IMG/VR virus record: IMGVR_UViG_3300024232_000010
Coordinates: 1-61,090 of that record
Source of the DNA: a virus
Taxonomy: Duplodnaviria; Caudoviricetes
DNA: 61,090 bases
Direction: 5' to 3' (one strand)
In this document: positions 50,779 to 60,191 of the stretch, piece after piece
How the letters are laid out: each line of letters starts with the position of its first letter
How positions within the stretch are numbered: the stretch's first letter is position 1
Translations under genes and position numbers: made by a program
Notes under the pieces: model-generated
The model's database searches: none
The model's input: the letters and a program-made list of their open reading frames with translations, nothing else
Told to the model about the DNA's origin: nothing

Positions 50779-50898
50779 TTCCGCCCGGGCGGAACCCCGG
50801 GGATACCACCGTGCAGGAACAGGGTAGACAGAGGCCCTGTAGCCGTGCGGGCGTTTGGCGACGCCCCGGCCTCGCACCACGCGGCAGGTCCCCGGGTT
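50779..50898. ncRNA. Candidate multibranch structured RNA
   Basis: AACCCCGGGGA/TCCCCGGGTT encloses ACAGGG/CCCTGT and GTGCG..GGCGT/ACGCC..CGCAC, preceded by the palindrome TTCCGCCCGGGCGGAA. Confidence 0.45.
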
Positions 50899-50925
50899 AT
50901 CCGCTGTATCTCACCGAGGAGAAAG

Positions 50926-51084
50926 ATGAGCAGACCACGCGGGGAGTGCCCTAGGGGCGGTCCTCACGAACCGTTTTATGCCACGGCCGGGACTTTCACC
51001 CTCAAGACGAATAAGACCGGCGGTGTGCGCACCAGGGGCCGCCCGAAGGCGCTGAGGTGCAAGAAATGCCGGAAAAAGCTGTGA
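50926..51084 (+). CDS. Small basic Cys-containing protein
   Basis: GAGGAG RBS before ATG 50926. Confidence 0.55.
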   Translation: MSRPRGECPRGGPHEPFYATAGTFTLKTNKTGGVRTRGRPKALRCKKCRKKL

Positions 51085-51197
51085 TCCCGGGCTGGCCGTG
51101 GAAGTGCAGGCGGTGCAAGGATTCGCGGACGATCTGGAACGGGAAGAAAGTCGTGCGCTGCCCAGACTGCAAAAAGAGTACAAAGAGAGCACGCTAG
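51081..51197 (+). CDS. 38-aa zinc-ribbon micro-protein
   Basis: WKCRRC...VRCPDC; GTGA-coupled. Confidence 0.55.
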   Translation: MIPGWPWKCRRCKDSRTIWNGKKVVRCPDCKKSTKRAR

Positions 51198-51232
51198 TGG
51201 TACACTAGGTCTGGAAGGGAGACTTACAGGCC

Positions 51233-51676
51233 ATGTGCAACCCAATCACCACCAATCACCCGGAGCTGCTCCTCGAAAAGGGCGTCCACCTGGGCTATGA
51301 GTGGGAAGTCACGTCCAACCGCATGGGCTACCGATGCGGCTACGTCCGCGTCCCCGCGGGTCACCCGTGGCACGGTAAGGACTACGACGACGTGGACCCC
51401 CACCCGGAGGTCCATGGCGGGCTCACGTTCGCGGAGTCCGACACCGACTGCGGCAAGGGCGGTGAAGACAACGCCTGGTGGCTCGGGTTCGACTGCGCAC
51501 ACGCCGGTGACGCACCCGACCCTGACCTGCCCGGTTCCGATACCATGCACCGGTACGGACTGCCCACTTACGGTACGGTCAGGAACGCCGGGTACGTAGC
51601 CGGGCAGTGCCGCCATCTCGCCGAGCAGGCCGCACAGGCCGCTGCATCGGCCGGTTACTACAACTGGGAAAACTAG
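51233..51676 (+). CDS. Conserved hypothetical phage protein
   Basis: CGYV.VP..HPWHG...VHGGLTF...WW.GFDCAH motif. Confidence 0.75.
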   Translation: MCNPITTNHPELLLEKGVHLGYEWEVTSNRMGYRCGYVRVPAGHPWHGKDYDDVDPHPEVHGGLTFAESDTDCGKGGEDNAWWLGFDCAHAGDAPDPDLPGSDTMHRYGLPTYGTVRNAGYVAGQCRHLAEQAAQAAASAGYYNWEN

Positions 51677-51756
51677 GAAGGAGCGCCTTATGCGCAGCTG
51701 GGAGCCCCTGACAGGCAGGTAACGCCTAGTCAGGGAAGGGAGGTGAACACCTCCCC

Positions 51757-51909
51757 ATGCCACCGCACAAGGGCGGCAAGAAGAACCGCAAGTGGAACCG
51801 CAACCGGATCAAGTGCGCGAAGTACGCCGCTGAGCACCGCAGGGTCAAGAACAACCCGGCCCGCACGCAGCGTGCCAAGGAGCGTACCCCGCACTACCGG
51901 AAGCGCTGA
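51757..51909 (+). CDS. 50-aa very basic peptide
   Basis: MPPHKGGKKNRKWNRNRIKCAKYAAEHRRVKNNPARTQRAKERTPHYRKR; GGAGGTG RBS inside a hairpin. Confidence 0.6.
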   Translation: MPPHKGGKKNRKWNRNRIKCAKYAAEHRRVKNNPARTQRAKERTPHYRKR

Positions 51910-51923
51910 CAACATCACAAGCC

Positions 51924-51963
51924 GGGGGCGGCCCGAAATCAACCGGTGGGCCGCCCCCTTTTT
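51924..51963 (+). terminator. Intrinsic terminator
   Basis: GGGGGCGGCCC-13 nt-GGGCCGCCCCC-TTTTT. Confidence 0.85.
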
Positions 51964-51992
51964 CATCACCGTCCGGGTGTAAAACGGGAATC

Positions 51993-52208
51993 ATGCCACG
52001 ACGCGACTGGAACACACCGTCCGCACACTCTCAGAAGCCGCACCACGCCAAGATGCACTCTCCCGCCCGCGGTGCGGGGCACGACAAGAAACTGCGTTCC
52101 GCTAAGCGCAGCCACGGCGACCGCCGTGCTTCCTGCCCGTTCTGCGGGCACCCGACAATCGACGTATCACGGCACCGCAGGATCAACCACAGCGACTGGG
52201 GGCGGTGA
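51993..52208 (+). CDS. Small basic protein with C2H2-like motif
   Basis: CPFC...HRRINH. Confidence 0.5.
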   Translation: MPRRDWNTPSAHSQKPHHAKMHSPARGAGHDKKLRSAKRSHGDRRASCPFCGHPTIDVSRHRRINHSDWGR

Positions 52209-52209
52209 C

Positions 52210-52632
52210 ATGCGGATCCTGGTCACGGGTTCCCGCAAGTGGATGTACCGGTCTGTGCTGGCTTTGAAGCTGGCTGAGGCTGCCGCCGGTGTACCGCCCG
52301 GTGAGGTCACCGTGGTGCACGGCAATAACGGCAACGCGGACCTGATGGCCGATAGTGAGGCGCGCCTGCTCGGGTTTCACGTGGAACCGCACGACGCGCA
52401 CTGGGAAGCTCCCTGCATCCAGTACTGCCAGCCGGGTCACCGCCGCCGCCACGAGAACGGGCGCGAGTACTGCCCGGCAGCTGGGAACTACCGCAATCAG
52501 GAGATGGTGGACGCGGGCGCGGACATCTGCCTGGCGTTCTACCAGCCGAAAGCGGCGAATATCGGTACAAACGACTGCGTGAACCGGTGTATCCGCGCCG
52601 GTATCAAGGTCAAGGCGTACGGAAAGGAATAG
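52210..52632 (+). CDS. SLOG-family protein (DUF2493/YspA-like)
   Basis: MRILVTGSR.W, VVHG...AD, RNQEMVDAGAD.CLAF, GT..C. Confidence 0.8.
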   Translation: MRILVTGSRKWMYRSVLALKLAEAAAGVPPGEVTVVHGNNGNADLMADSEARLLGFHVEPHDAHWEAPCIQYCQPGHRRRHENGREYCPAAGNYRNQEMVDAGADICLAFYQPKAANIGTNDCVNRCIRAGIKVKAYGKE

Positions 52633-52634
52633 CC

Positions 52635-52766
52635 ATGGAAGCCATCAGGTGGGCTAAGGACCGGGTGTGCCGGCGCTGCCGGAGGTCGAAGCCGGGGCAC
52701 AGTGCGTGCAGCTCACGGAACTGCGTGTGCCCATGCCGCTGGAATTACGGGAACGTCCCGCGCTAA
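52635..52766 (+). CDS. Cys-rich micro-protein
   Basis: CRRC...H..C...C.C.C; AAGGA RBS. Confidence 0.5.
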   Translation: MEAIRWAKDRVCRRCRRSKPGHSACSSRNCVCPCRWNYGNVPR

Positions 52767-52801
52767 GGAAGTCGCCATGATCACTAGGATGAGGAGTAGC
52801 C

Positions 52802-53146
52802 GTGGGTTCCATGCTCACCTTCGAGGGGGCGAGGGCGACGATGTGCGTCGCCAGCTCGTCTCACAGCCCGGTGCCGCTGCGGTTTGTCTGGCATCATATC
52901 CAGCCGCAGGAGGCGGGCGGGAAGACGGTGCCGGAGAACCTGGCGCAGCTGTGCGATTCTTGTCATTACACGATCCACCGGCTGATGTGGATCATGGCGC
53001 AGATCGCACTCGGCCAGACGGTCACCCCGGAGCAGCAAAAGCAGGTCACCACCCCGCCGCGGCGCGCCCAGCTCGTGCTGGCCGGGAAAGGATATGAGGC
53101 ATGCCGGGCAGCCGGAACCATCGGGAAAATCCCCAACGAGGGCTGA
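52802..53146 (+). CDS. HNH endonuclease
   Basis: WHHIQPQEAGG....NLAQLCDSCHYTIH. Confidence 0.8.
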   Translation: MGSMLTFEGARATMCVASSSHSPVPLRFVWHHIQPQEAGGKTVPENLAQLCDSCHYTIHRLMWIMAQIALGQTVTPEQQKQVTTPPRRAQLVLAGKGYEACRAAGTIGKIPNEG

Positions 53147-53586
53147 CATGCTCCGCTTGCGGTGACCTGGTACAGCACCATTATGACGGCGGGTGCGCAC
53201 GTTGCCCCTGCCGGATACCGCAAACTGAGGCAGAATACAGGAAAGTGCTGAGGGACGCGACCATGACCAGGGAAGAGTTCGAGAGCTACTGGGCTGGTAA
53301 TTCCGGCATCAGTGTCGATCAGATGCACCAGGTGGGGCTTCGCGCTGAGGAATGCGACTGCGGCGAAGACCTGTGCCCGGGCTGGTCGGTCGACTGGGAT
53401 CACCGGAAGGGGGAGGTGAGCCGTGGCTAAGTACACGTGCGTCAAGTGCGGGCGGAAGCTGAAGCTGCTGGAGATCCTGTACTGCCGCAAGTGCAGGAGG
53501 GAAGCGCAGCAGAAGTTACCTGTAAGGGCTGGAAAGAGAGCCCCGGAAACAGCGGTTACCTCATACAGCAGTGGTACAATAGTGGT

Positions 53587-53835
53587 ATGACAGCTCAGAT
53601 ACCGGGGCTCACCCCGGAAATGGCCGAAGCTGCACGTGACGTACTCGCGCTCGTACGCGCCGAGATGACCGGCGACCGCGAAGCCACCGCAGTTATCATC
53701 GGCCCGCTCGACGCCAACCACGCCAAGATGCTGCTCATACTCACCGCATCCCTCACGGCACGCGTCTTGAAATCCCGCGGCGGCGACGACATCGAGGAAT
53801 ACCTCGCCAGCTTCGCCCGCACCCACCTGACATAG
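53587..53835 (+). CDS. Hypothetical protein (probably leaderless)
   Basis: TACAAT-N6-ATG. Confidence 0.6.
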   Translation: MTAQIPGLTPEMAEAARDVLALVRAEMTGDREATAVIIGPLDANHAKMLLILTASLTARVLKSRGGDDIEEYLASFARTHLT

Positions 53836-54223
53836 GAGAGCCGTGGACAGGGAAACCGAGATGCGGCTCCGCAGGCTCGCGGTCAAATGGGTATCCAGCG
53901 CCCGGCACCCGATGCGGGTGAACCGCCCCGAGGAACGCGACCTGCTGATGAGATGCGCCGCCGAGCTTCAGCAGGAACTCCACGCTGAGCGCACCCGGAT
54001 GACTGGCCCGCGCCGGTCGTGCTGCCCCACTCAGCCAGGCGACAGCCACCTCGGCACGTGCGAGAAGAACATATGACGCACTGGCTGACTACGTTCGACC
54101 CCGACGACGGGGAACCCACCGGTTCGCTGTGCCACTGTGACATCGACGCCGACCACGACGGGGCAGGGAACATCATGGATCCCCTGTTCCCGCTTGAAAC
54201 ATCACAGGAAACGAAAGAACCAG

Positions 54224-54616
54224 ATGACTGAGACGTTCGCCTATGACCTGCTCCGCCGCGGCGCGGAGCAGGTCGTGATCAAGCCGCGCGGGCATTCGAT
54301 GGAACCCGTGATCATGGACCGGCAGCAGGTCACCATCACCGCGCTGCACGACGATGACGTGCTGGCCGTAGGTGATGTCGTGCTCGCCCGGGTCAGAGGG
54401 AACATCTACCTGCACAAGATAACCGCGATCGACGGTAACCGCATCCAGATCTCCAACAACCACGGGCACGTCAACGGCTGGACACACCGGGACAGGATCG
54501 CGGGCATCGCCTGTCTGTGCTCCTGCTGCGGCCACAAATGCAACCCTGGCACCCGGGGGCGACGATGCGGGGTCTGCGGGCACAGGTGCAGCGGGAAAAC
54601 GGGAGGGATGGCATGA
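54224..54616 (+). CDS. S24/S26-family serine peptidase-like protein
   Basis: GHSMEP (catalytic Ser), GDVVL, LHKI (catalytic Lys), NNHG.VNGW. Confidence 0.75.
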   Translation: MTETFAYDLLRRGAEQVVIKPRGHSMEPVIMDRQQVTITALHDDDVLAVGDVVLARVRGNIYLHKITAIDGNRIQISNNHGHVNGWTHRDRIAGIACLCSCCGHKCNPGTRGRRCGVCGHRCSGKTGGMA

Positions 54617-54825
54617 TCGTCGTAAGAACGAGCAACGGCGAGTTCAACGTCCAGGCTGACACGTGGGAGAACGACGGTGACGGCGACCTGGAGTGCCTCG
54701 ACAAAGACGGCGACGTGGTGGCGACTTTCCCGCGCGGCTACTGGTGCGCCGTGTACGAGTCCGGTGCGGTCACGCAGCGGACCTCAGCATTCCAAGCACC
54801 CCGAGCACTGGAGGACCCCACGTGA
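54613..54825 (+). CDS. Hypothetical protein
   Basis: ATGA-coupled; VVATFPRGYW. Confidence 0.55.
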   Translation: MIVVRTSNGEFNVQADTWENDGDGDLECLDKDGDVVATFPRGYWCAVYESGAVTQRTSAFQAPRALEDPT

Positions 54826-55967
54826 GCCTGCTGCCAGCGTCCGCGTTCCCGCTTCAGACCGTAGCGAACAACATCACCGGTGCTGACGGGCAGAACTACC
54901 GGCTGTGCGGGGTGAACTGGCCGGGAGCGCACCAGGACAACCGGGTCCCCGCCGGGCTTGACAAGCTGAACCGTGCGGATATCATCGGGCGGATCGTGTC
55001 GTGGGGACTGAACCACGTCCGGTTCCCGCTCGCCACCGGGACGGTCCTGAACAAGGACGGCACCCCGTACACCGGCCTCATCGACCCCGCACGGGTCGCC
55101 GCGAACCCCGACCTGGCAGGCATGACACCTTGGCAGCTCTACCAGCAGCTCGTAGCCGACATGAACGCCGCCGGCCTGTACGTCATCATCAACAAGCACC
55201 TCAACTATCCCGGCTGGTGCTGTAGCAACGACGACAAGAACGGGTTCTGGTACAACGACAACTGGCCGTCATCTACGTTCACCGGCTTGTGGATCACTAT
55301 CGGCACCGCGTACGCGAACAATCCCATGGTCGGGTTCGACCTGCACAACGAACCCCGCTCGGCTGTGATCGGCGGTTCGACGCTCACCCCTTCGTGGGGT
55401 GACGGCAACGGTGCGACGGACTTCCAGCAGATGTACCAGAACACCATCGGCCGGATCCGGTCGGCTGTCGCCGCGACCGGCAGCACCCTCAAGCACCTGG
55501 CGTTCTGCGAGGGCCTGAACTACGCGTCCGACCTCACCGGGTGGCTGGCCCACCCAGTGACCGGTGTAAATATCGTCCCGTCGATGCACGACTACTCGTG
55601 GTTCCACAAGAACCCCGACGGCTCCCAGCAGTCCGCATCCCAGTACAACGCTGCGATGGACAACAAGGGCGGGTTCCTGGTCACGAACGTCACCGCACCG
55701 GTGTGGATCGGCGAGTTCGGCGTCGACCTGGGTACCCGCACGAACATGACCAGCGGTTTCATGTCGAACTTCCTGGCCTACGCTAACACCCGGCACCTGC
55801 ACTGGTGCTGGTGGTCGCTGTCCGCGCAGACCGTCCTGGGTACCGAGCCTTCCACCAACGTGGTCAAGGCACCGGACGGGAACCGGGAAGCGTTCGGCCT
55901 GATGAGCGGTCAGGACTGGAAAGGCAGCAACAGCGAGATGATCACCCTGCTCCAGGGGATCATGTGA
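54822..55967 (+). CDS. Glycoside hydrolase family 5 (cellulase clan)
   Basis: GVNWPG, NHVR, HNEP (acid/base), HDY, WIGEFG (nucleophile), WCWW. Confidence 0.9.
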   Translation: MSLLPASAFPLQTVANNITGADGQNYRLCGVNWPGAHQDNRVPAGLDKLNRADIIGRIVSWGLNHVRFPLATGTVLNKDGTPYTGLIDPARVAANPDLAGMTPWQLYQQLVADMNAAGLYVIINKHLNYPGWCCSNDDKNGFWYNDNWPSSTFTGLWITIGTAYANNPMVGFDLHNEPRSAVIGGSTLTPSWGDGNGATDFQQMYQNTIGRIRSAVAATGSTLKHLAFCEGLNYASDLTGWLAHPVTGVNIVPSMHDYSWFHKNPDGSQQSASQYNAAMDNKGGFLVTNVTAPVWIGEFGVDLGTRTNMTSGFMSNFLAYANTRHLHWCWWSLSAQTVLGTEPSTNVVKAPDGNREAFGLMSGQDWKGSNSEMITLLQGIM

Positions 55968-56073
55968 TGATGCGCGACAGCACCAAGATCAGGGCCGTGT
56001 GGTGCCTAGTCGGCGCGATCTGTGTCATCGCCGTGGTCGTCATGATCATCACCATCAGCCTGGCGAGGTGACA

Positions 56074-56442
56074 ATGGCAACGGACCTAACCGGTGAAGAA
56101 GTCATGCGTCTCCTCGAACTAGCCGACAAGGTAGTGATCTGGACCGGGCAGGACACCCTCAAAACCGGCTCAGCCGGTTATGCGGCGCTCGTCGCTGCCC
56201 GGTACGAGTATTACAAGGCCAGGATCGACTTGCTCGCCGCCCATGGCCACCAGCTCAACGCCCTCCAGACCGGCGGTTGCACATGCGGCTGGCGCGACAA
56301 GGACCACAAGATCAGCCCGTCCTGCATGTACCATTACGCCGCCCAGCTACAGCCAGAAAACCACAACATCCCATGGAACTGTCCCACCTACTACGACGGG
56401 TGCAACTGTGAAGATACGCCTCGGCCGGCACCAGGACCGTAA
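56074..56442 (+). CDS. Hypothetical protein with Cys-rich C-terminus
   Basis: GAGG RBS; CTCG...CPTYYDGCNC. Confidence 0.55.
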   Translation: MATDLTGEEVMRLLELADKVVIWTGQDTLKTGSAGYAALVAARYEYYKARIDLLAAHGHQLNALQTGGCTCGWRDKDHKISPSCMYHYAAQLQPENHNIPWNCPTYYDGCNCEDTPRPAPGP

Positions 56443-56600
56443 CCTGTATGTCCAGCTCGGAGACGAACCATCCGACGAAGACGAGTACCTCGGGGTGATC
56501 TTCGACCCCACCCGGGCGAAGTTCATCGTCGAGATACTCAACGGGGAACGCCCCCCGTTCGACCGCCCGTAATACCCGTACCGTACCGAGAGAGAGCACC

Positions 56601-57011
56601 GTGCAAGTTATAACCGTCACCCCGCAGCTCCAGCGTGTCATCGACCGCGCCTACCCGGGTCTGCCGCCACGCCAGCAGGCCAACAAGGTCCGCGACCTCC
56701 TGTTCGACGTCCTGCTCGGCATGGCGGAGAAAACGCCAGCCGCAGATGTGCCGCCCATGCCTGCGGCGACGAGAGCCGAGGCGGCCACCAAGATCGCGAA
56801 CCGGATCGCGAAGATGGCACCGGCGATCGACGACCAGAACTGGGTGAAACTCGAAGCGTTCATCGAACAGGCAAAGATGGCGGGCCTGTGGGACAACCCC
56901 GCCGAGCTGCGCCTGGTCGCCCGCCTCAACGATCCCTTCGACGGGGCAGAAAACGAGCACCGGGTGCAGAACAGCCGGATCACCGCGTACTTCCGCCGCC
57001 TGGCCGCCTGA
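56601..57011 (+). CDS. Hypothetical protein
   Basis: Protein-like composition. Confidence 0.6.
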   Translation: MQVITVTPQLQRVIDRAYPGLPPRQQANKVRDLLFDVLLGMAEKTPAADVPPMPAATRAEAATKIANRIAKMAPAIDDQNWVKLEAFIEQAKMAGLWDNPAELRLVARLNDPFDGAENEHRVQNSRITAYFRRLAA

Positions 57012-57326
57012 TGCTCACCATCCACATGCCCGAAGGGGACAAGGAAAAGCGGAAACGGCAGCGCCTCCGGGGGCTCGGCTACATCATCGCCGGGGTGATC
57101 ATCATGGCGTCCATTTTCCTGTCCTGGACCAGCAAGTTCTGGTTCGTTCCGATCGCTGTCGAAGCCTGGTGGCTGTGGGCCGTGTACAGCCACGACTGGG
57201 ACAAGGAGGTTCACCGGCATGGCGATTAAGCTAGGCAGCAAACCCGGCCCGAAGGACGCTCCGAAGGAGACAGACAACAGCAAGCTGTCACCCCTCGTCC
57301 ACCGCATCGGGAAGAAGAAGTAACCC

Positions 57327-57605
57327 GTGGCCAGGCACTCCACGCACCTGTGCTGGTCATGCGGGGGGAAAATCTCGCCTGAGCAGGACGAGGAACGGGT
57401 CGGCGGGCTCAAACCCCACGAGATCAGGTACCGGCACGCCGGCGAAGCGGACTGCCACGAGTACTTCACCCACATGAGCACCCGCCGCCCGGGCAGCCCC
57501 GCCGACCCCATCGGCTACCTCGACGACCAGCGGGACGAAGAAGGCCGCTACCACGCACAGTTAGGAAGGAAAAGTCAGCCCCGCGGTGCCGCACCGCGGG
57601 GCTGA
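57327..57605 (+). CDS. Hypothetical protein
   Basis: CWSC...RH...C. Confidence 0.5.
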   Translation: MARHSTHLCWSCGGKISPEQDEERVGGLKPHEIRYRHAGEADCHEYFTHMSTRRPGSPADPIGYLDDQRDEEGRYHAQLGRKSQPRGAAPRG

Positions 57606-57617
57606 CCCCACATCATC

Positions 57618-57929
57618 ATGCGATACCCCTGGAGAAACTGCACGGACAAGCCGTGCCCCTGCCACGATCCCGTCGTTTTCGGTCACCACGAACCCTGCCC
57701 CCGCTGGGAAACACGAGCAAACCTGCCCGCGCTGCCCGGGTTCCGCTCGATGGACATCAGCGCAGCGTTCGCTGACACCGCGGAAACCATGCGGCTGTAC
57801 AACCGCACCCTCGCCCACTTCAACGCGCTGCTACGCGAAACCGCCGACGCTATTTCCCAGTGTCAGTCTTCTCAGACGACGAACCGTGGGTCTTCGCCTG
57901 CGAACGGCCAGGACTACGGGCCGGCTTAG
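57618..57929 (+). CDS. Hypothetical protein
   Basis: CPC...H.PCPRW followed by a helical segment. Confidence 0.5.
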   Translation: MRYPWRNCTDKPCPCHDPVVFGHHEPCPRWETRANLPALPGFRSMDISAAFADTAETMRLYNRTLAHFNALLRETADAISQCQSSQTTNRGSSPANGQDYGPA

Positions 57930-58065
57930 CCGGGTCCTTGTCCTGGCCGTCACGCCACGTGTGACCCTGCTCGCACGACCAGACGATCTCGTCGTTCGTC
58001 GCGTCCTGGATCATCGTCCGGTTGGTGCTGCCGCAGTCAGGGCACGCGTTCGGTACGTCGCTCAC
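57850..58065 (-). CDS. Small zinc-ribbon protein
   Basis: CPDC...WSC..GH.W. Confidence 0.55.
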   Translation of the reverse strand: MSDVPNACPDCGSTNRTMIQDATNDEIVWSCEQGHTWRDGQDKDPAKPARSPGRSQAKTHGSSSEKTDTGK

Positions 58066-58385
58066 TTGCTGCCCGTCTTCGACTTACCCGAGGTGTCGTC
58101 GTGACCGGCCTTCACGTTCGCGTTCTGACCGGTGCCCTCACGGGCCTGCTCCTCGCGGACCGCGTGGTCCCGCAGCGCCGTGTCACCCGCAGCCTCGTCG
58201 CCGCGCGCCGCGGCACCCAGCTGCGAGTCATCCCGGCCCGCAGCGTCGGTCACCGGCTGCCCCGCCAGCTCCTGCGCCAGCGTCTCCCCCTCGATCTGCG
58301 TCACCGGGCGAGGATCACCCTCGTCGTGCAGCCGCTGAGCCTCAGCCATCCGCTCCTCGTACGTCATCTCCGAGAACTTACCCAT
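58062..58385 (-). CDS. Hydrophilic hypothetical protein
   Basis: GAAGGGG RBS; acidic and disordered. Confidence 0.6.
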   Translation of the reverse strand: MGKFSEMTYEERMAEAQRLHDEGDPRPVTQIEGETLAQELAGQPVTDAAGRDDSQLGAAARGDEAAGDTALRDHAVREEQAREGTGQNANVKAGHDDTSGKSKTGSK

Positions 58386-58505
58386 TACGAGTGCCCCTTC
58401 CAGGCGAAACGACCCGGCCCACCCCCTAATCTACCCACCGGGCCACCATGAAACCGCCACCCCGGAAAGCGATCCTCTTTTATGCCACCTGCGGAAACGT
58501 GGCAC

Positions 58506-59102
58506 TCAGAAGTGGTGCAGGCAACCGGCGCTGTTCGCGACGTTCAGCCAGAACTGGCTCCCGTTCGTGCTCCCGGTGATCTTCAGCCCGCCCAGGCCGC
58601 CGTTCCAGTTACTGGACCAGTGCGCGTTCCAGTAGCCGTCGGCGCTCTGGCATGCGGTCGCCCGCGCCACGAAGATCGTGCCGAAAGCACCACCCTGCCC
58701 GGTGTTCGGGTTATTGCACGTCGTCAGCCCCGCGTGGGCGTCACCGGAAGAACCGTTCAGGTCACCCACGCACTGCCCGTTACCGTAGCGGAGCTGGACG
58801 ATGAGGAACCCGGACGGGATGCCAGCGATCGGGCAGCCGTTCGTGGTCAGTGCAGTACCGGACTCGCACCGGTTGAAAACCTCCTGCTCGGAGAAGTTCT
58901 CGTTACTGGTGCCAGGGCCCTCGGCCTTGACGTAAGGCCCGCCGTTCCACGCGTTCAGGCACGGGAACTCCGGGCTGAACGAAGGGCTGGCCTGGCAGAT
59001 CTCCTGCTGAACCGCCCACGACGGTGCGGCAACCGTCACGGCCACCCCAGCGGAAGCCACCAGAACCGCCACGAGCGGGATAATCCTGAGTAGTCTCTTC
59101 AT
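58506..59102 (-). CDS. Secreted Cys-containing protein
   Basis: Signal peptide MKRLLRIIPLVAVLVASAGVAV...SWA; TATGGT-N6-ATG. Confidence 0.7.
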   Translation of the reverse strand: MKRLLRIIPLVAVLVASAGVAVTVAAPSWAVQQEICQASPSFSPEFPCLNAWNGGPYVKAEGPGTSNENFSEQEVFNRCESGTALTTNGCPIAGIPSGFLIVQLRYGNGQCVGDLNGSSGDAHAGLTTCNNPNTGQGGAFGTIFVARATACQSADGYWNAHWSSNWNGGLGGLKITGSTNGSQFWLNVANSAGCLHHF

Positions 59103-59141
59103 GCCCCGACCATACACAGTTAGTACACGAAAGGACAGTGG

Positions 59142-59618
59142 GTGAACTTCTTCCGCTGGTGCGACCAGCGCCGCGGCTGGTTCGCAGCAGCCGGCGCGGT
59201 GATCGTCATCGCCGCACTCAGCCTCGCCGCCGCCACCTGGGTGCAACGCCACACCACCACCGTGGCCAAGCCAGGCGGAGGGCAGAAACAAGCCACCGCC
59301 ACGCACACGCACGCCACCAGGAACGCCCAGGCGACCACCCCCTACCAAGCACCCACCCCCCCGCACCAGACGGCCGTACAGAGCACCACAGCGAGCCCGC
59401 GCCCTTTCCCCGCAAGCCCCCGCCACACCGCCACGATCACAGTCACCGCCTCCGCGACCGCAGCCACGGCAACCACCACCACACCCAGCGCCACCCCGGG
59501 CAGCACAACCGCATCCCCCGAACCCGACCCAACCCCCACCGAACCATCCCCAACCCAGCCAGAACCCACCGAACCTAGCCCAAGCAGCCCGCAACCCACC
59601 CAGACAGGCACGACATGA
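59142..59618 (+). CDS. Membrane-anchored Thr/Pro-rich protein
   Basis: One TM segment followed by a T/P/S-rich stalk with PTEPS repeats. Confidence 0.65.
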   Translation: MNFFRWCDQRRGWFAAAGAVIVIAALSLAAATWVQRHTTTVAKPGGGQKQATATHTHATRNAQATTPYQAPTPPHQTAVQSTTASPRPFPASPRHTATITVTASATAATATTTTPSATPGSTTASPEPDPTPTEPSPTQPEPTEPSPSSPQPTQTGTT

Positions 59619-59869
59619 TCGGCACCGTCGTCGTAGACGGCTACACCTACCAGATCACCCACATCATCCTCCGCGAAAGCTACCTCGTCATCCAAGCCTG
59701 GCACCACGGGCCCGTCCGACCCTGCACCGGCGAACCCGCCGCGGTCTTCGGCGAAGACGGCATCGGCATCTGCCAGTCCTGGCTCACCACCATCACCCCA
59801 CGCGAAGCCGCCTGCGACAATGTAGGCATCGAACTCAGGATCAAGATGGTCCACATGGAGACGATATGA
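59615..59869 (+). CDS. Hypothetical protein
   Basis: ATGA-coupled. Confidence 0.55.
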   Translation: MIGTVVVDGYTYQITHIILRESYLVIQAWHHGPVRPCTGEPAAVFGEDGIGICQSWLTTITPREAACDNVGIELRIKMVHMETI

Positions 59870-59882
59870 ACAAGCGCGACGG

Positions 59883-60191
59883 ATGGACCTGCCCCAGCTG
59901 CGGGCTCCGCAACGCACCCTCGATCCCATCATGCGCCAACTGCGGCACCCTCCGCCCCGCCAGGTAACCATGTGCGGCAACAACCGGTGCATCTACTACG
60001 GCTGCGACGCATGCTCCCTGCGACTCACCGGCGACATCATCCACGCCCACCGAGACGAATGCGACTGCACCAACGAGATCAACGCCGAATTCTGCTCACC
60101 CGCATGCCTCACCGACTACCAGACCTGGGACCCCTGCGACTGCGGCCACGACAACCCCTGGCAGACACGGAACGGGCCAAGCACCAAATGA
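59883..60191 (+). CDS. Cys-rich hypothetical protein
   Basis: CDAC...FCSPAC. Confidence 0.5.
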   Translation: MDLPQLRAPQRTLDPIMRQLRHPPPRQVTMCGNNRCIYYGCDACSLRLTGDIIHAHRDECDCTNEINAEFCSPACLTDYQTWDPCDCGHDNPWQTRNGPSTK

